64,000 bases of DNA, taken from NCBI GenBank assembly GCA_002868945.1, contig PKTX01000058.1, positions 64,773-128,772 of the forward strand, written 5' to 3'. The DNA is from Desulfobulbaceae bacterium. Its GTDB lineage: Bacteria; Desulfobacterota; Desulfobulbia; Desulfobulbales; SURF-16. Below, piece by piece: positions 26,986 to 36,309 of this stretch. The notes beneath the pieces are model-generated. The model ran no database searches. It saw only the letters and a program-made list of their open reading frames with translations, and was not told where the DNA came from. Both the position numbers and the translations under genes were made by a program. Numbering within the stretch: the first letter of the stretch is position 1; every line of letters begins with the position of its first letter.

Positions 26986-29610
26986 ATGAAATTTGTTTCC
27001 ATCAAAGATCGGCTTGTCATGGTTCTCATGATTACTTCCTTGACCTCCCTGGTCATAGCCAGTCTTTGCTTCTTCTTTTATGAGGGGTACCGCTATGAAA
27101 CCTTCAAGGAAAGGCATCTGCATCAGATTGTCGACCTGCTCGCTGTTCAGGCTCGTCAACACCTGCTGGACGGCAATAGAGAGGAGGCTGAAGAGTGGCT
27201 TGAGGCCGTCACTCAGCATGCCAATATCAAGGTCGTTGGCCTCTACGACAGCCGCGGCAATTTTTTCGCCGGGCGGCACGCCGATGAGCGTGTGCCGCCC
27301 CTGCCGCAATCGAGCCGTGCCCTGCAGGATGTATGTTTTGTCGACACGCTCTGTTCAACGCTGAGTGAGCTGCACTATGACGGCAAGCCGCAGGGCTTTT
27401 TGTTTCTGGCGGCAGACCTGGAACATGCCCGGACCAGTCTCACCTCTATCGCTGTTATCTTTTTTGTCGTTACCCTCCTGACCCTGGCCATTGTCTATGT
27501 AGTGGCCTTTTTTCTCCATGATCAGTTCAAAAAACCTATCCTCAGTCTGGTGGATACGGCCAGATTCATTTGTGAGAAAAAGGATTTCAAGGCCCGGGCC
27601 AGAAAGTATTCTTCTGATGAGATGGGCCTTCTCACCGATACCATCAACAGTATGCTCGATGAGATTGCCGGACGTGAAGAGGAGATGAAAAAGCTGCACG
27701 AAGAGCTGGAGTCACGGGTGGCGGCCAGGACTGCGGCCCTGCAGGAAACCAATGCCCGGTTGTTGGCGGAGAAGTCGCGAGCCGATCAGGCGGCCTCGGT
27801 GAAGAGCGATTTCCTCGCTAATATGAGCCATGAGATCCGCACCCCCATGAACGGCATTGTCGCCGCCTGTGATCTGGCCATGGATGAGGAGCTGCCGCCC
27901 AAAGTGGTCAACTACCTGAAGATCATTCAGGAGTCTTCCCACTCCCTGCTGCTCATCGTCAATGATATTCTTGATTTTTCAAGGCTTGAGGCTGGTACCC
28001 TGGTCTTGGACCAAGGCCTCTTCTCGCTGCCCGATCTGCTGGCGGAACTCAATGATTTTTTCTCGGTAAAGGCCCATGCCGACCAGATAGATCTTATCAT
28101 CGACATGGCCCCGGAGGTGCCGGCCTTGCTTGTCGGCGACCGAGGACGCTTTCGCCAGATTCTCTATAACCTTGTTGACAACGGCCTTAAGTTTACCCAT
28201 AAGGGCATGGTTTCCCTCTATGTCTCCTGCCTGGAGAAGGATGACCGGAGTGCGGTCCTGGAGGTGCGGGTGCGCGATACCGGCGTTGGCCTGTCGCCGG
28301 CGGCAATGGAGCGCATCTTCAGCTCCTTTCACCAGGAGGACAGCTCCTCCACCCGTCAGTTTGGCGGCACCGGTCTTGGTCTGGCCATTTCCCGCCGCCT
28401 GGCCCGAATGATGGGTGGAACCATTGAGGTGGAGAGTGAGCTGGGCAAGGGCGCCACCTTTATCGTCATGGTGCGCATGGGCTGGAAAGAGGCGGAGGGT
28501 GGTAACATGCTTTCCGGCCGCTCTCCGGCAGGCGGCGATGATGTCTGTCACACGGACTTTCGCGGCCTGCATGCCCTCATTGTTGAAGATAATGAGACAA
28601 ACAGGGGGGTGGCGGAGGCCATGTTAACCGGCATGGGGATTACCGTGGAGAGTGTGGTTGATGGCAGGGAGGCCGTCGAAATCACCGCCGATAATCGTTA
28701 TGATGTCATCCTCATGGATATGCAGATGCCGGTCATGGACGGCTATGAGGCGATCACCCATATCCGTCGAGACAGCGCCTGTAAAGATGTACCCATTGTT
28801 GCCATGACCGCCCATGCCCTCTCGGGAGATCGGGAGAAGTGTCTGCAGGCCGGCGCTGATGCCTATATAGGTAAACCGGTGCACAAAAAACGTCTGCAGA
28901 CCGTACTGGCCACGGTCTTGGCCGACCTCCCCCTCCTGGCCGACAGCGATCGCCACTCCTTTGCAGATTTGGCAACCGGCGCTGAATTCATTCCTGATCA
29001 ATGTCCCATTGACATGGAAAAGGCGGTGCGGCAGCTGGGTGTGCCCGATGATGTCTATCGCCGTGTACTGGCAACCTTTTGTCGTGATTATCAGGACTTT
29101 CAGGAGGAGTATCGCCGCTATGCCGGCGACAATGATATTGGTAAAATCAAAAAGATGGTCCATTCCCTGAAGGGCAGTAGCGCCACCATCGGCGCCGAGA
29201 GCCTGTCGCAGCTGGCAACCGAGGCCGATCGACTCTGCAAGCATGAAAAGATACCGTCTGCCATGCTGGAGAAACGGCTCTTGACCTGCCTGGAGGAGGT
29301 CCTCTCTTTTGCCCGGAACGTCGTGGCAAGCGAGGAAGAAGGTGTTATCGAATCGGCTGATATTACGGTACGGGAACCTGAAAAAGTGTTGCAGCAATTA
29401 CATGATTTGGCTGATTCTTTGGATCAGTCCATGTATGATGCCATCAATATCTGTCTTGAAGAAGTAGAGAAGAATCTTTCCGGCAAGAAAATCGCCAGTT
29501 TAAGTAAGATGATCCGTATGTACTCCTATGAAGAGGCTCTGGCCCTGGTCAGAGAGCTTATTGATGAGTTTGAGTCCAGCGGGGGCGCTGTTCCCCGGCA
29601 GGATGGCTGA
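26986..29610 (+). CDS. Hybrid sensor histidine kinase (TM sensor, HAMP, HisKA, HATPase, REC, HPt)
   Basis: MSHEIRTPMNG, GTGLGLAISRRLA, ILMDMQMPVMDG and HSLKGSSATIGA. Confidence 0.9.
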   Translation: MKFVSIKDRLVMVLMITSLTSLVIASLCFFFYEGYRYETFKERHLHQIVDLLAVQARQHLLDGNREEAEEWLEAVTQHANIKVVGLYDSRGNFFAGRHADERVPPLPQSSRALQDVCFVDTLCSTLSELHYDGKPQGFLFLAADLEHARTSLTSIAVIFFVVTLLTLAIVYVVAFFLHDQFKKPILSLVDTARFICEKKDFKARARKYSSDEMGLLTDTINSMLDEIAGREEEMKKLHEELESRVAARTAALQETNARLLAEKSRADQAASVKSDFLANMSHEIRTPMNGIVAACDLAMDEELPPKVVNYLKIIQESSHSLLLIVNDILDFSRLEAGTLVLDQGLFSLPDLLAELNDFFSVKAHADQIDLIIDMAPEVPALLVGDRGRFRQILYNLVDNGLKFTHKGMVSLYVSCLEKDDRSAVLEVRVRDTGVGLSPAAMERIFSSFHQEDSSSTRQFGGTGLGLAISRRLARMMGGTIEVESELGKGATFIVMVRMGWKEAEGGNMLSGRSPAGGDDVCHTDFRGLHALIVEDNETNRGVAEAMLTGMGITVESVVDGREAVEITADNRYDVILMDMQMPVMDGYEAITHIRRDSACKDVPIVAMTAHALSGDREKCLQAGADAYIGKPVHKKRLQTVLATVLADLPLLADSDRHSFADLATGAEFIPDQCPIDMEKAVRQLGVPDDVYRRVLATFCRDYQDFQEEYRRYAGDNDIGKIKKMVHSLKGSSATIGAESLSQLATEADRLCKHEKIPSAMLEKRLLTCLEEVLSFARNVVASEEEGVIESADITVREPEKVLQQLHDLADSLDQSMYDAINICLEEVEKNLSGKKIASLSKMIRMYSYEEALALVRELIDEFESSGGAVPRQDG

Positions 29611-29659
29611 GGCCGGGCCAAGGCGCATCGACAAATTTATTCTTAAAAAAACGTATTGC

Positions 29660-31735
29660 ATGTCAAAAAACATTCAGAAACAAAAACCGCTGGTTCTTAT
29701 TGTTGACGATACCATGATGAATATCGATCTGCTGGCTGATGTCCTGCGCGAGGATTATCGTCTCGGTATTGCCACAAATGGCGTCAAGGCCTTGGAGTTT
29801 GTCCGGAAAAACAAACCGGATCTCATTCTCCTCGACATCATGATGCCGGAGATGGATGGTTTCGAGGTCTGCCGAATCTTAAAGGAAGACAGTCGGACCC
29901 GGGCCATTCCCATCATCTTCATCACCGCCCTCTCTGATACGGAGAATGTGGCACGCGGTTTTCAGCTCGGCGGCTGTGATTATATCCCGAAACCATTCCA
30001 TACCCTGGAGGTGAAGGCGCGGGTCAAATCAAAACTCAACGAGCTCAATCAGCTCAGCTTTGTGGAGAATATCTTTCATACCAGTCTGGAAGGCATTGTT
30101 ATTACCGACCAGGATATGGTCATCACCATGGCAAACAGCATGGCCTGTTCCATCACCGGTTATGAGCAGGATGAACTGATCGGTCAACCTATCGATATCC
30201 TGCAGACCCGGGATCGGGGCGACACCAGCCACGACATTCACAGCTTTTTGGGCGACAATGATCACTGGTCCGGCGAGCTGTGGAACCGTCGCAAAAACGG
30301 CGAGCGCTTTCCCCAGAAACTGGCCCTGTCGGCCGTTCGTAACCTGTGGGGAGATATCATTAACTATGTGGCTATCTTCCACGATATGTCGGAGATCAAA
30401 CGCCACAAGGATGAGTTGAAATATCAGGCCAACCATGACGCCCTCACCGGTCTGCCCAACAGGACTTTCTTTCAGTTCCGGCTCATTGACGCCCTGGAAG
30501 ACGCCCGGCGCCATGAGGAAAAAATGGCCCTTCTCGTCCTTGATCTGGATCACTTCAAGCAGATCAACGACAGCCTCGGTCACCTGGTCGGCGATTACCT
30601 CCTCAAAGAGGTGAGTTCCCGCCTGGAGGGTTGTCTAGGCGATGCCTTGCTGGCTCGGCTCGGCAGTGATGAGTTCGGGATCCTGGTTGAGGCCCTGGGC
30701 AGTGAAGAGTGGGCCGTCAAGATAGCGGAACAGATCAATCTCAGTCTGGGGCTGCCCATTTTTTACGAGGGGCATAAGCTTTTTATCTCTTCGAGCATCG
30801 GTATTACGTTTTACCCGGAAGACGGCCTTGATCCGGAGACCCTCATGAAAAACGGCGATATTGCCATGGCGCAGGCCAAGGCCCGCGGCGGCAATACCTA
30901 TCAGGTTTTTCATCGCGAGATGGATGAGCGTATCGCCAATCTTCTCAGCCTGGAGAGTAATCTGCGCCGCGCCTTGGAGCACGAGGAATTTCTCGTCTTC
31001 TACCAACCCAAGGTTGATATGCGAACCGGCAGGATTATCGCCATGGAGGCCTTGGTCCGCTGGGTCTTGCCGGATGGCGGCATGGTGTCGCCGGCCGAAT
31101 TCATCCCCCTGGCCGAAAAAACCGGTCTCATCGTCTTTTTGGGCGAATGGGTCTTGAAGACAGCAGCACGCCAGACCAAAAAGTGGTGGGATCAGGGGTA
31201 TAAGGTGCCGGTTGCCGTTAATTTGTCGCCCCGCCAGTTTCAGGAGGAGAATTTGGTTTCCGTGGTGCGCGATACCCTGCGTGAAACCGGTTTGGTGCCG
31301 GAGGCCCTGGAGCTTGAAATCACCGAAGGGGTGGTCATGGAGAATGAGGAAAACGCCCTGACGATTCTGCGTGAAATTGATGAGATGGGTGTCCAGCTGG
31401 CCATTGATGATTTTGGTACCGGCTACTCATCTCTCCATTATCTCAAGCAGTTTCCCCTCCATACCCTGAAGATCGACAAGTCCTTTGTGGATAATATTCC
31501 GGCTGATGATGAGAATGTTGCCATTGCCACAGCCATTATTCACATGGGGAAGAGTCTCGGTCTCAAGGTGGTTGCCGAAGGGGTGGAGGAGATGGAGCAG
31601 TGCACCTTTTTGCGCGACCTTGGCTGTGACCAGTTGCAGGGCTGGCTTTTTAGCCCGGCCGTGGATAGCGATGCCTTCACGGAGCTGCTGACCACCAACA
31701 CAATCCTGCAGATCCCCCCGTATGGTGGCAAGTGA
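29660..31735 (+). CDS. Response regulator with PAS, GGDEF (GSDEF variant) and EAL domains
   Basis: VLIVDD..ILLDIMMPEMDG, RLGSDEFGIL, EALVRW and DDFGTGYSSL. I chose the ATG at 29660; the track ORF from 29528 overlaps the kinase gene. Confidence 0.9.
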   Translation: MSKNIQKQKPLVLIVDDTMMNIDLLADVLREDYRLGIATNGVKALEFVRKNKPDLILLDIMMPEMDGFEVCRILKEDSRTRAIPIIFITALSDTENVARGFQLGGCDYIPKPFHTLEVKARVKSKLNELNQLSFVENIFHTSLEGIVITDQDMVITMANSMACSITGYEQDELIGQPIDILQTRDRGDTSHDIHSFLGDNDHWSGELWNRRKNGERFPQKLALSAVRNLWGDIINYVAIFHDMSEIKRHKDELKYQANHDALTGLPNRTFFQFRLIDALEDARRHEEKMALLVLDLDHFKQINDSLGHLVGDYLLKEVSSRLEGCLGDALLARLGSDEFGILVEALGSEEWAVKIAEQINLSLGLPIFYEGHKLFISSSIGITFYPEDGLDPETLMKNGDIAMAQAKARGGNTYQVFHREMDERIANLLSLESNLRRALEHEEFLVFYQPKVDMRTGRIIAMEALVRWVLPDGGMVSPAEFIPLAEKTGLIVFLGEWVLKTAARQTKKWWDQGYKVPVAVNLSPRQFQEENLVSVVRDTLRETGLVPEALELEITEGVVMENEENALTILREIDEMGVQLAIDDFGTGYSSLHYLKQFPLHTLKIDKSFVDNIPADDENVAIATAIIHMGKSLGLKVVAEGVEEMEQCTFLRDLGCDQLQGWLFSPAVDSDAFTELLTTNTILQIPPYGGK

Positions 31736-31800
31736 GAGTCAGGGGCATCTCGCCGTCATCTGTCAGGATCTATAAGTTGGCTGCAGCCGTCGAGTGCGTG

Positions 31801-31937
31801 AGGCTTCAAGGCACAAGGCACAAGGGGTAAGGGGTTAGTGAGGCGTCAGGCGTGCGGGGTGGTAAAGGATGCTGCCCTGGTGGGGTGGGCCAACCGCAGG
31901 CATCTGTGATCCCCCTCCTTCACTTCTCACTCCTGAC
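31801..31937. repeat. Bipartite heptad-array element (CAAGG-type heptads, core, CTCCTGA-type heptads)
   Basis: AGGCTTC AAGGCAC AAGGCAC AAGGGGT AAGGGGT ... CCTTCAC TTCTCAC TCCTGAC. Confidence 0.55.
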
Positions 31938-31992
31938 GGACTGGCTGGAGATGGAGGCATCTGTTGTGGCTGAAAGGTGATGGTAAGAAGAC

Positions 31993-32022
31993 AAAAAAAC
32001 GGGCCAGATGGCCCGTTTTTTT
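31993..32022. terminator. Bidirectional terminator between the GGDEF-EAL gene and the MORN gene
   Basis: A7-CGGGCC-AGAT-GGCCCG-T7. Confidence 0.7.
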
Positions 32023-32049
32023 GTGGTCTGTCCCTTTTGCTCAGCTTTC

Positions 32050-33711
32050 CTAGAGGGGGGCGCTCAGGTTGCCCCGCTGCCACTTGCCACTGTAGGTGTC
32101 GCCATTTTTGGGGGTGTAACTGCCCTTACCCTCCATGAGGCCGCGGCTCCAGAAGCCTTTGTAGGTGCCGCCGTTTTTATAGAGGTAAATGCCCGGACCG
32201 TGGCGCAGCCCCTGCTGCAGGCCGCCCTGATACATGTCGCCATTGGGGTATTGGAAGGTCGGCGTGCCGCTGACGGCGCCGTCCTGCCAGGTGGCGATGC
32301 AGGTTACTCCGCCTGTGAAGATGTATTTTCCCTTGCCCGTGCGGCTGTTGCCTTCCCAGGTGCCGCTATAGATATCACCGTTGCTGAAACGATGGGTGCC
32401 GACACCGTGACGTTGGCCGTCTTTGAAGGCGCCGCTGTATTGCGCGCCGCTTGCAAAGGTGAAGACACCCTGACCGTTTGCCTTGTTGCCGGCAAAGGGG
32501 CCGGTGTAGCGTCCTCCGTCCTTGAGGGTGTAGATAGCCTTGCCCTGCATGGTGTTGGCGAGCCAGCCCCCTTCGTAGGTACGGCCATCGGCAAAATTCA
32601 TGGTGCCGCGGCCGTGCAGCTTGTTGTTGCGGAATTCACCTATATACTTGTTGCCGTTGCGAAAGGTGTAGCTGCCCTGGCCGTTGAAGAGACCATCCTG
32701 CATGGCGCCGACATAGCGGCTGCCGTTTTTAAAACTGATCGTGCCGGTACCGTCGCGGGCCAGGCCCCGTGTAAATTTCCCTAAAAAAACAGAACCGTCC
32801 GGAGCGGTATAGGTGCCGTGCCCGCTCATTTCACCGGAGCTGAATTCCCCCACATATTTACTGCCGTCGGCAAAAATACGTGTGCCCTGGCCTTGATAAA
32901 CGCCATTGAGCCAGTTGCCGCTGTACGTGCCGCCATCGGCAAAGGTAAAGGTGCCTGGGCCGTTTTTTTGGCCGTTACTCCAGTTGCCGATATAGGTGCC
33001 TTTTCCAGGGTAGGTTCGTTTGCCGTTTCCCGAGGCAAGCCCATCCTTGAAGCGACCGGTGTGACTGATGCCGTTGGCGAGAAGATAGCTGCCTTGGCCA
33101 TGACGTCTGCCATTTTTGAACTCCCCGACATATTTTGCACCATCCGGATAGGTCATGGTGCCCTGGCCGTTGGGTTTGCCATCCTGCATGGTGCCGCTGT
33201 ATTTCGCACCGTTTTTGAGGTCATACACCGGGGCGGAGGCCTGCTCGACCTTATCGGTGGGCCTTGGTTTTTCCTGTTCGGCTTTTTTTATCGGCGGGGC
33301 CTGAGGCGGCGGCTGAGGGGCCGTGTCCACTGTTGTGGTCCCCTCATCCGTCTGTCTGCCCTCTTCGAAGAGCCCCTCAAACCGCTCACCCGTGGCATAA
33401 TACATGATGCCCTTGCCGTGTCTCTTGCCGTCAAACCACTGGCCGACATACTTGTCACCGTTCGGATAGACCTGTGTGCCGTGGCCATGTTTACGGGCTC
33501 CGGCCCAGTTGCCCTCGTAGCGGCTGCCGCTGCGACTTTCAGCGATACCGTAGCCATCTTCGCAATTGCCCTCGATACAGCGGCCCAGAACAAACTGGGG
33601 AGAGATCAGGGTGAGGAGTGCTATACCGAACAGAGAGGTTGCGGTGCGGAATATTTCAGGATGTCTCCGGTGGCAAGGTCTGCTGACGCCTTGTTGCATG
33701 TGGGCCCCCAT
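32050..33711 (-). CDS. Secreted or membrane-anchored MORN-repeat protein
   Basis: N-terminal hydrophobic segment, then about 20 tandem 23-aa units of type YxGxWxxGxxHGxG, split by a Pro/Lys/Glu-rich linker. Confidence 0.85.
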   Translation of the reverse strand: MGAHMQQGVSRPCHRRHPEIFRTATSLFGIALLTLISPQFVLGRCIEGNCEDGYGIAESRSGSRYEGNWAGARKHGHGTQVYPNGDKYVGQWFDGKRHGKGIMYYATGERFEGLFEEGRQTDEGTTTVDTAPQPPPQAPPIKKAEQEKPRPTDKVEQASAPVYDLKNGAKYSGTMQDGKPNGQGTMTYPDGAKYVGEFKNGRRHGQGSYLLANGISHTGRFKDGLASGNGKRTYPGKGTYIGNWSNGQKNGPGTFTFADGGTYSGNWLNGVYQGQGTRIFADGSKYVGEFSSGEMSGHGTYTAPDGSVFLGKFTRGLARDGTGTISFKNGSRYVGAMQDGLFNGQGSYTFRNGNKYIGEFRNNKLHGRGTMNFADGRTYEGGWLANTMQGKAIYTLKDGGRYTGPFAGNKANGQGVFTFASGAQYSGAFKDGQRHGVGTHRFSNGDIYSGTWEGNSRTGKGKYIFTGGVTCIATWQDGAVSGTPTFQYPNGDMYQGGLQQGLRHGPGIYLYKNGGTYKGFWSRGLMEGKGSYTPKNGDTYSGKWQRGNLSAPL

Positions 33712-33751
33712 TAGAAGCAGTATCGTTGAGCGAATAACAACACCTTGGTCA

Positions 33752-33989
33752 GTGTCTGTCCGGAAATGGGTCGTTCGGCTGATCTCCCGGAGTCAGGCGA
33801 GCTCGCTTACGTCGTTATTCTCAAAAAATGCCCGAAGGTAAGCGAAACGCAGTGGAGACTCCGATATCGGATATATGCCTGCCCCCCAAGGCTCCTTCTT
33901 TCAGGGAGTGCTTATTTTTTTGCACTCCTTGATCTCGAACAGGTGAGCGAGCTTGCGAGACGGCGAAATGGCCTCTTCCGGCCAGACAC
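33752..33989. mobile_element. MITE-like element, family with GTGTCTGTCCRGAAATRG termini
   Basis: Left end GTGTCTGTCCGGAAATGGG and right end CCTCTTCCGGCCAGACAC are inverted. The internal GGTAAGCGAAACGCAGTGGAGACTCCGATATCGG is shared, inverted, with 34999..35166. Confidence 0.7.
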
Positions 33990-34106
33990 CAGTTACGTAT
34001 ATTTACTATATCATAATAAACCAGGGAGGTGTAGTTGCAAGAAGAAAGCATGCGGTATCATTACTGTTATATGCCGATGTGCTCAGCGCTGTTTTGTGGT
34101 ATAGGT

Positions 34107-34125
34107 CTAAGTCCGACAGGCTCCT
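34107..34125. repeat. Solo copy of the 15198-element terminal repeat
   Basis: CTAAGTCCGACAGGCTCCT is identical to 19 nt of the right TIR at 15345..15365. Confidence 0.6.
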
Positions 34126-34210
34126 GGGCGACAAGGGCCGAAGAGTCGGCGACTGACCCATGCGCCACCATGAGGGGGCGTCGGCACAAGATTTTTTGGG
34201 AGGATGGATC

Positions 34211-34813
34211 ATGCAAAGGGCTGTTTTTCTGGATCGGGACGGTACCATCAATGAGCAGATGGGGTATATAAACCATATTGATCGATTTCAGATGCTGCCC
34301 GGCGCGGCCGGGGCCATCAGAACCCTCAATGAGGCGGGCGTGGCGGTGGTGGTTGTTACCAATCAATCCGGCCTGGCCCGCGGTTACTTTCCGGCTGAAC
34401 TTCTGGGGGAGGTGCATGCCAAGATGGAAAAGGCTCTGGCTCGTGAAGGGGCCCATGTCGATGCTATTTACATCTGCCCCCATCATCCCGAGGCCAAGGA
34501 GGAGAGATATCGCCTGGCCTGCAATTGTCGTAAGCCCCGAATCGGTCTCTTTGAGCAGGCGGCGCGGGAGCTGGGTATCGATCTTGCCGCTTCCTATGTG
34601 GTGGGAGATCGCTGGTCGGATGTAAAGGCGGCGGTCCGTTGTCACGCCACCCCTGTTTTGGTCCTGACCGGCTATGGCAAGGGTGATTACCAATATATCG
34701 GCCCCCATCAGGAGGTCCAGCCCGCCTTTGTGGCCGCGGACCTGCAGGCCGCCGTGGCCTGGATTCTGGCAGATATGAAGAAGGAGGGGACTTGGCCGGA
34801 GGCTTCCCTGTAG
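34211..34813 (+). CDS. gmhB: D-glycero-D-manno-heptose 1,7-bisphosphate phosphatase (HAD family)
   Basis: VFLDRDGTIN, VVTNQSG, CPHHP...CNCRKP and VGDRWSD. The ATG at 34211 follows GGGAGGA. Confidence 0.85.
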   Translation: MQRAVFLDRDGTINEQMGYINHIDRFQMLPGAAGAIRTLNEAGVAVVVVTNQSGLARGYFPAELLGEVHAKMEKALAREGAHVDAIYICPHHPEAKEERYRLACNCRKPRIGLFEQAARELGIDLAASYVVGDRWSDVKAAVRCHATPVLVLTGYGKGDYQYIGPHQEVQPAFVAADLQAAVAWILADMKKEGTWPEASL

Positions 34814-34872
34814 GCACTAGTACTCTGTAAAACTTAAATGTACGTGTAGAATTTCTACATATTGCATACGAA

Positions 34873-34942
34873 CCACAAAGGCACGAAGGCACAAAGAAAA
34901 ACATAAAAACAAGAAGATCTTTGTGCCTTTGTGCCTTTGTGG
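34873..34942. repeat. Heptad-repeat hairpin (AAGGCAC-type units as an inverted pair)
   Basis: CCACAAAGGCACGAAGGCACAAAG ... CTTTGTGCCTTTGTGCCTTTGTGG. Confidence 0.6.
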
Positions 34943-34998
34943 TTAAAGGCATAGTTGCATAAATATACAAAACTTTAAGTGATACACTGCACTAGTTA

Positions 34999-35166
34999 GT
35001 GTCTTTCCAGAAATAGGTCATTTCGTTCGAGATCAAGGACTGCGAGAAAAATAAGCACAGGCATATATGCGATATCGGAGTCTCCACTTCGTTTCGCTTA
35101 CCTCCGAGCATTATTTTTTGAGCATGACGCCGAGATCGGGTGAAAGGGCCATTTCTGGACAGGCAC
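34999..35166. mobile_element. MITE-like element of the same family as 33752, in opposite orientation
   Basis: Ends are GTGTCTTTCCAGAAATAGG and CCATTTCTGGACAGGCAC, with an inverted shared core CGATATCGGAGTCTCCACTTCGTTTCGCTTACC. Confidence 0.75.
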
Positions 35167-35468
35167 TAGTTAAAGACAAAGACCATCTCATCGCGTTTCA
35201 GCAGCCCTTTCTCCCGGGCCACCTTTTCGATATAAACCGAATCTGTTTTGAGACGCTCAATTTCCTGGCGAAGGCTCTGATTCTCGGCGTGGAGCTGGCT
35301 GTTGAGCTGTTCAATCTCGGCCAGATCCTTCTGCACCGAATAAAAGGTGAGCCCCCCCTGGGGCGAAAAAAGAAGCCAGAAGGCAACGATGGTGGTGATG
35401 AGCAGAGTTACCAGGAGAATTTTTTTCTTTTCGTGGAGGGAGAGGTGCTGCAGTGTTGTTGCGGGCAT
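35166..35468 (-). CDS. ftsB: Cell division protein FtsB (septum formation initiator)
   Basis: Single TM segment plus a coiled coil (LAEIEQLNSQLHAENQSLRQEIERLK, YIEKVAREKGL). ATG at 35468. The TAG stop lies in the CTAG at the MITE boundary. Confidence 0.8.
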   Translation of the reverse strand: MPATTLQHLSLHEKKKILLVTLLITTIVAFWLLFSPQGGLTFYSVQKDLAEIEQLNSQLHAENQSLRQEIERLKTDSVYIEKVAREKGLLKRDEMVFVFN

Positions 35469-35829
35469 GGCGTGTCTCTGTAAACTTTTTGTTTTTAACA
35501 ATCCGGTCCTGATGGACCAGATAACCTCAAAAACATATGTGCCCCCAGCGTATGTTGATCGTGCTGCCTCATCGGCCATTGGCATGGTACCGTGTCGGGA
35601 CGGCCACACAGCCTCTTTTCAGTGCTGACATCTTATTTTCTCAGCGATTCTGAAAACTTGCAGGATGCGTGCCTCTCTGTTGGGCAGCGTCAGGTGCTAT
35701 TTTTTGGCGTCATCTGTGGCTGCATAAGGCAGCAGCCAGTATGAAAAAAATATCACCACAAAATATTAATACACCTTTTCGTGAGAAGCGCAAGCGTAAA
35801 GTTCTGTTTCGATAGAGGAAATTTAATTT

Positions 35830-36255
35830 ATGGACTGTCTGGACAAAGAAAAGGGGATTTTTTTGGTGTCAGCCTGTCTGGTAGGCCTGGCAACACGTTA
35901 TGATGGTCGGATCAAGGAGAACCGTGACTGTCGGCTCTTTTTAGAGGGCAGGGTGTGGCTGCCGGTCTGTCCGGAACAGTTGGGTGGCCTGGCCACGCCT
36001 CGTCCGGCTGCTGATATTGTCGGTGGTGACGGTGGCGCTGTTCTGGACGGTAAGGCCCGGGTTGTGACCGTAACGGGAGTTGATGTCAGCGCCCGGTTTA
36101 TTGCCGGTGCCCGGCAGGTGTTGGTCATTGCCGGCCAACAGCAGATTTGCGGAGTCTGTCTGAAGTCGGGCAGTCCCTCCTGCGCTGTGCGGGGAGTGCA
36201 GGGGGTCACGGCAGCCCTCCTGGCCCGACACGGCTTGGCGCTCCATGAGTTTTGA
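35830..36255 (+). CDS. DUF523-family protein (YbbK/TudS-like)
   Basis: VSACLVG..RYDG and CPEQLGGL..PR are patterns typical of DUF523. Confidence 0.7.
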   Translation: MDCLDKEKGIFLVSACLVGLATRYDGRIKENRDCRLFLEGRVWLPVCPEQLGGLATPRPAADIVGGDGGAVLDGKARVVTVTGVDVSARFIAGARQVLVIAGQQQICGVCLKSGSPSCAVRGVQGVTAALLARHGLALHEF

Positions 36256-36309
36256 CACCTGCGTGACGCCGAAGTCGAACGGCGTAAAGGTGGGGCCGGC
36301 TGTATCGGT

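Noticed and set aside
32008-33714. Two plus-strand ORFs (32008..32784 and 32818..33714) opposite the MORN gene.
   Set aside because: They are Ala/Gly/Val-rich shadows of the periodic MORN coding repeats. The minus strand gives a clean repeat protein with a signal segment.
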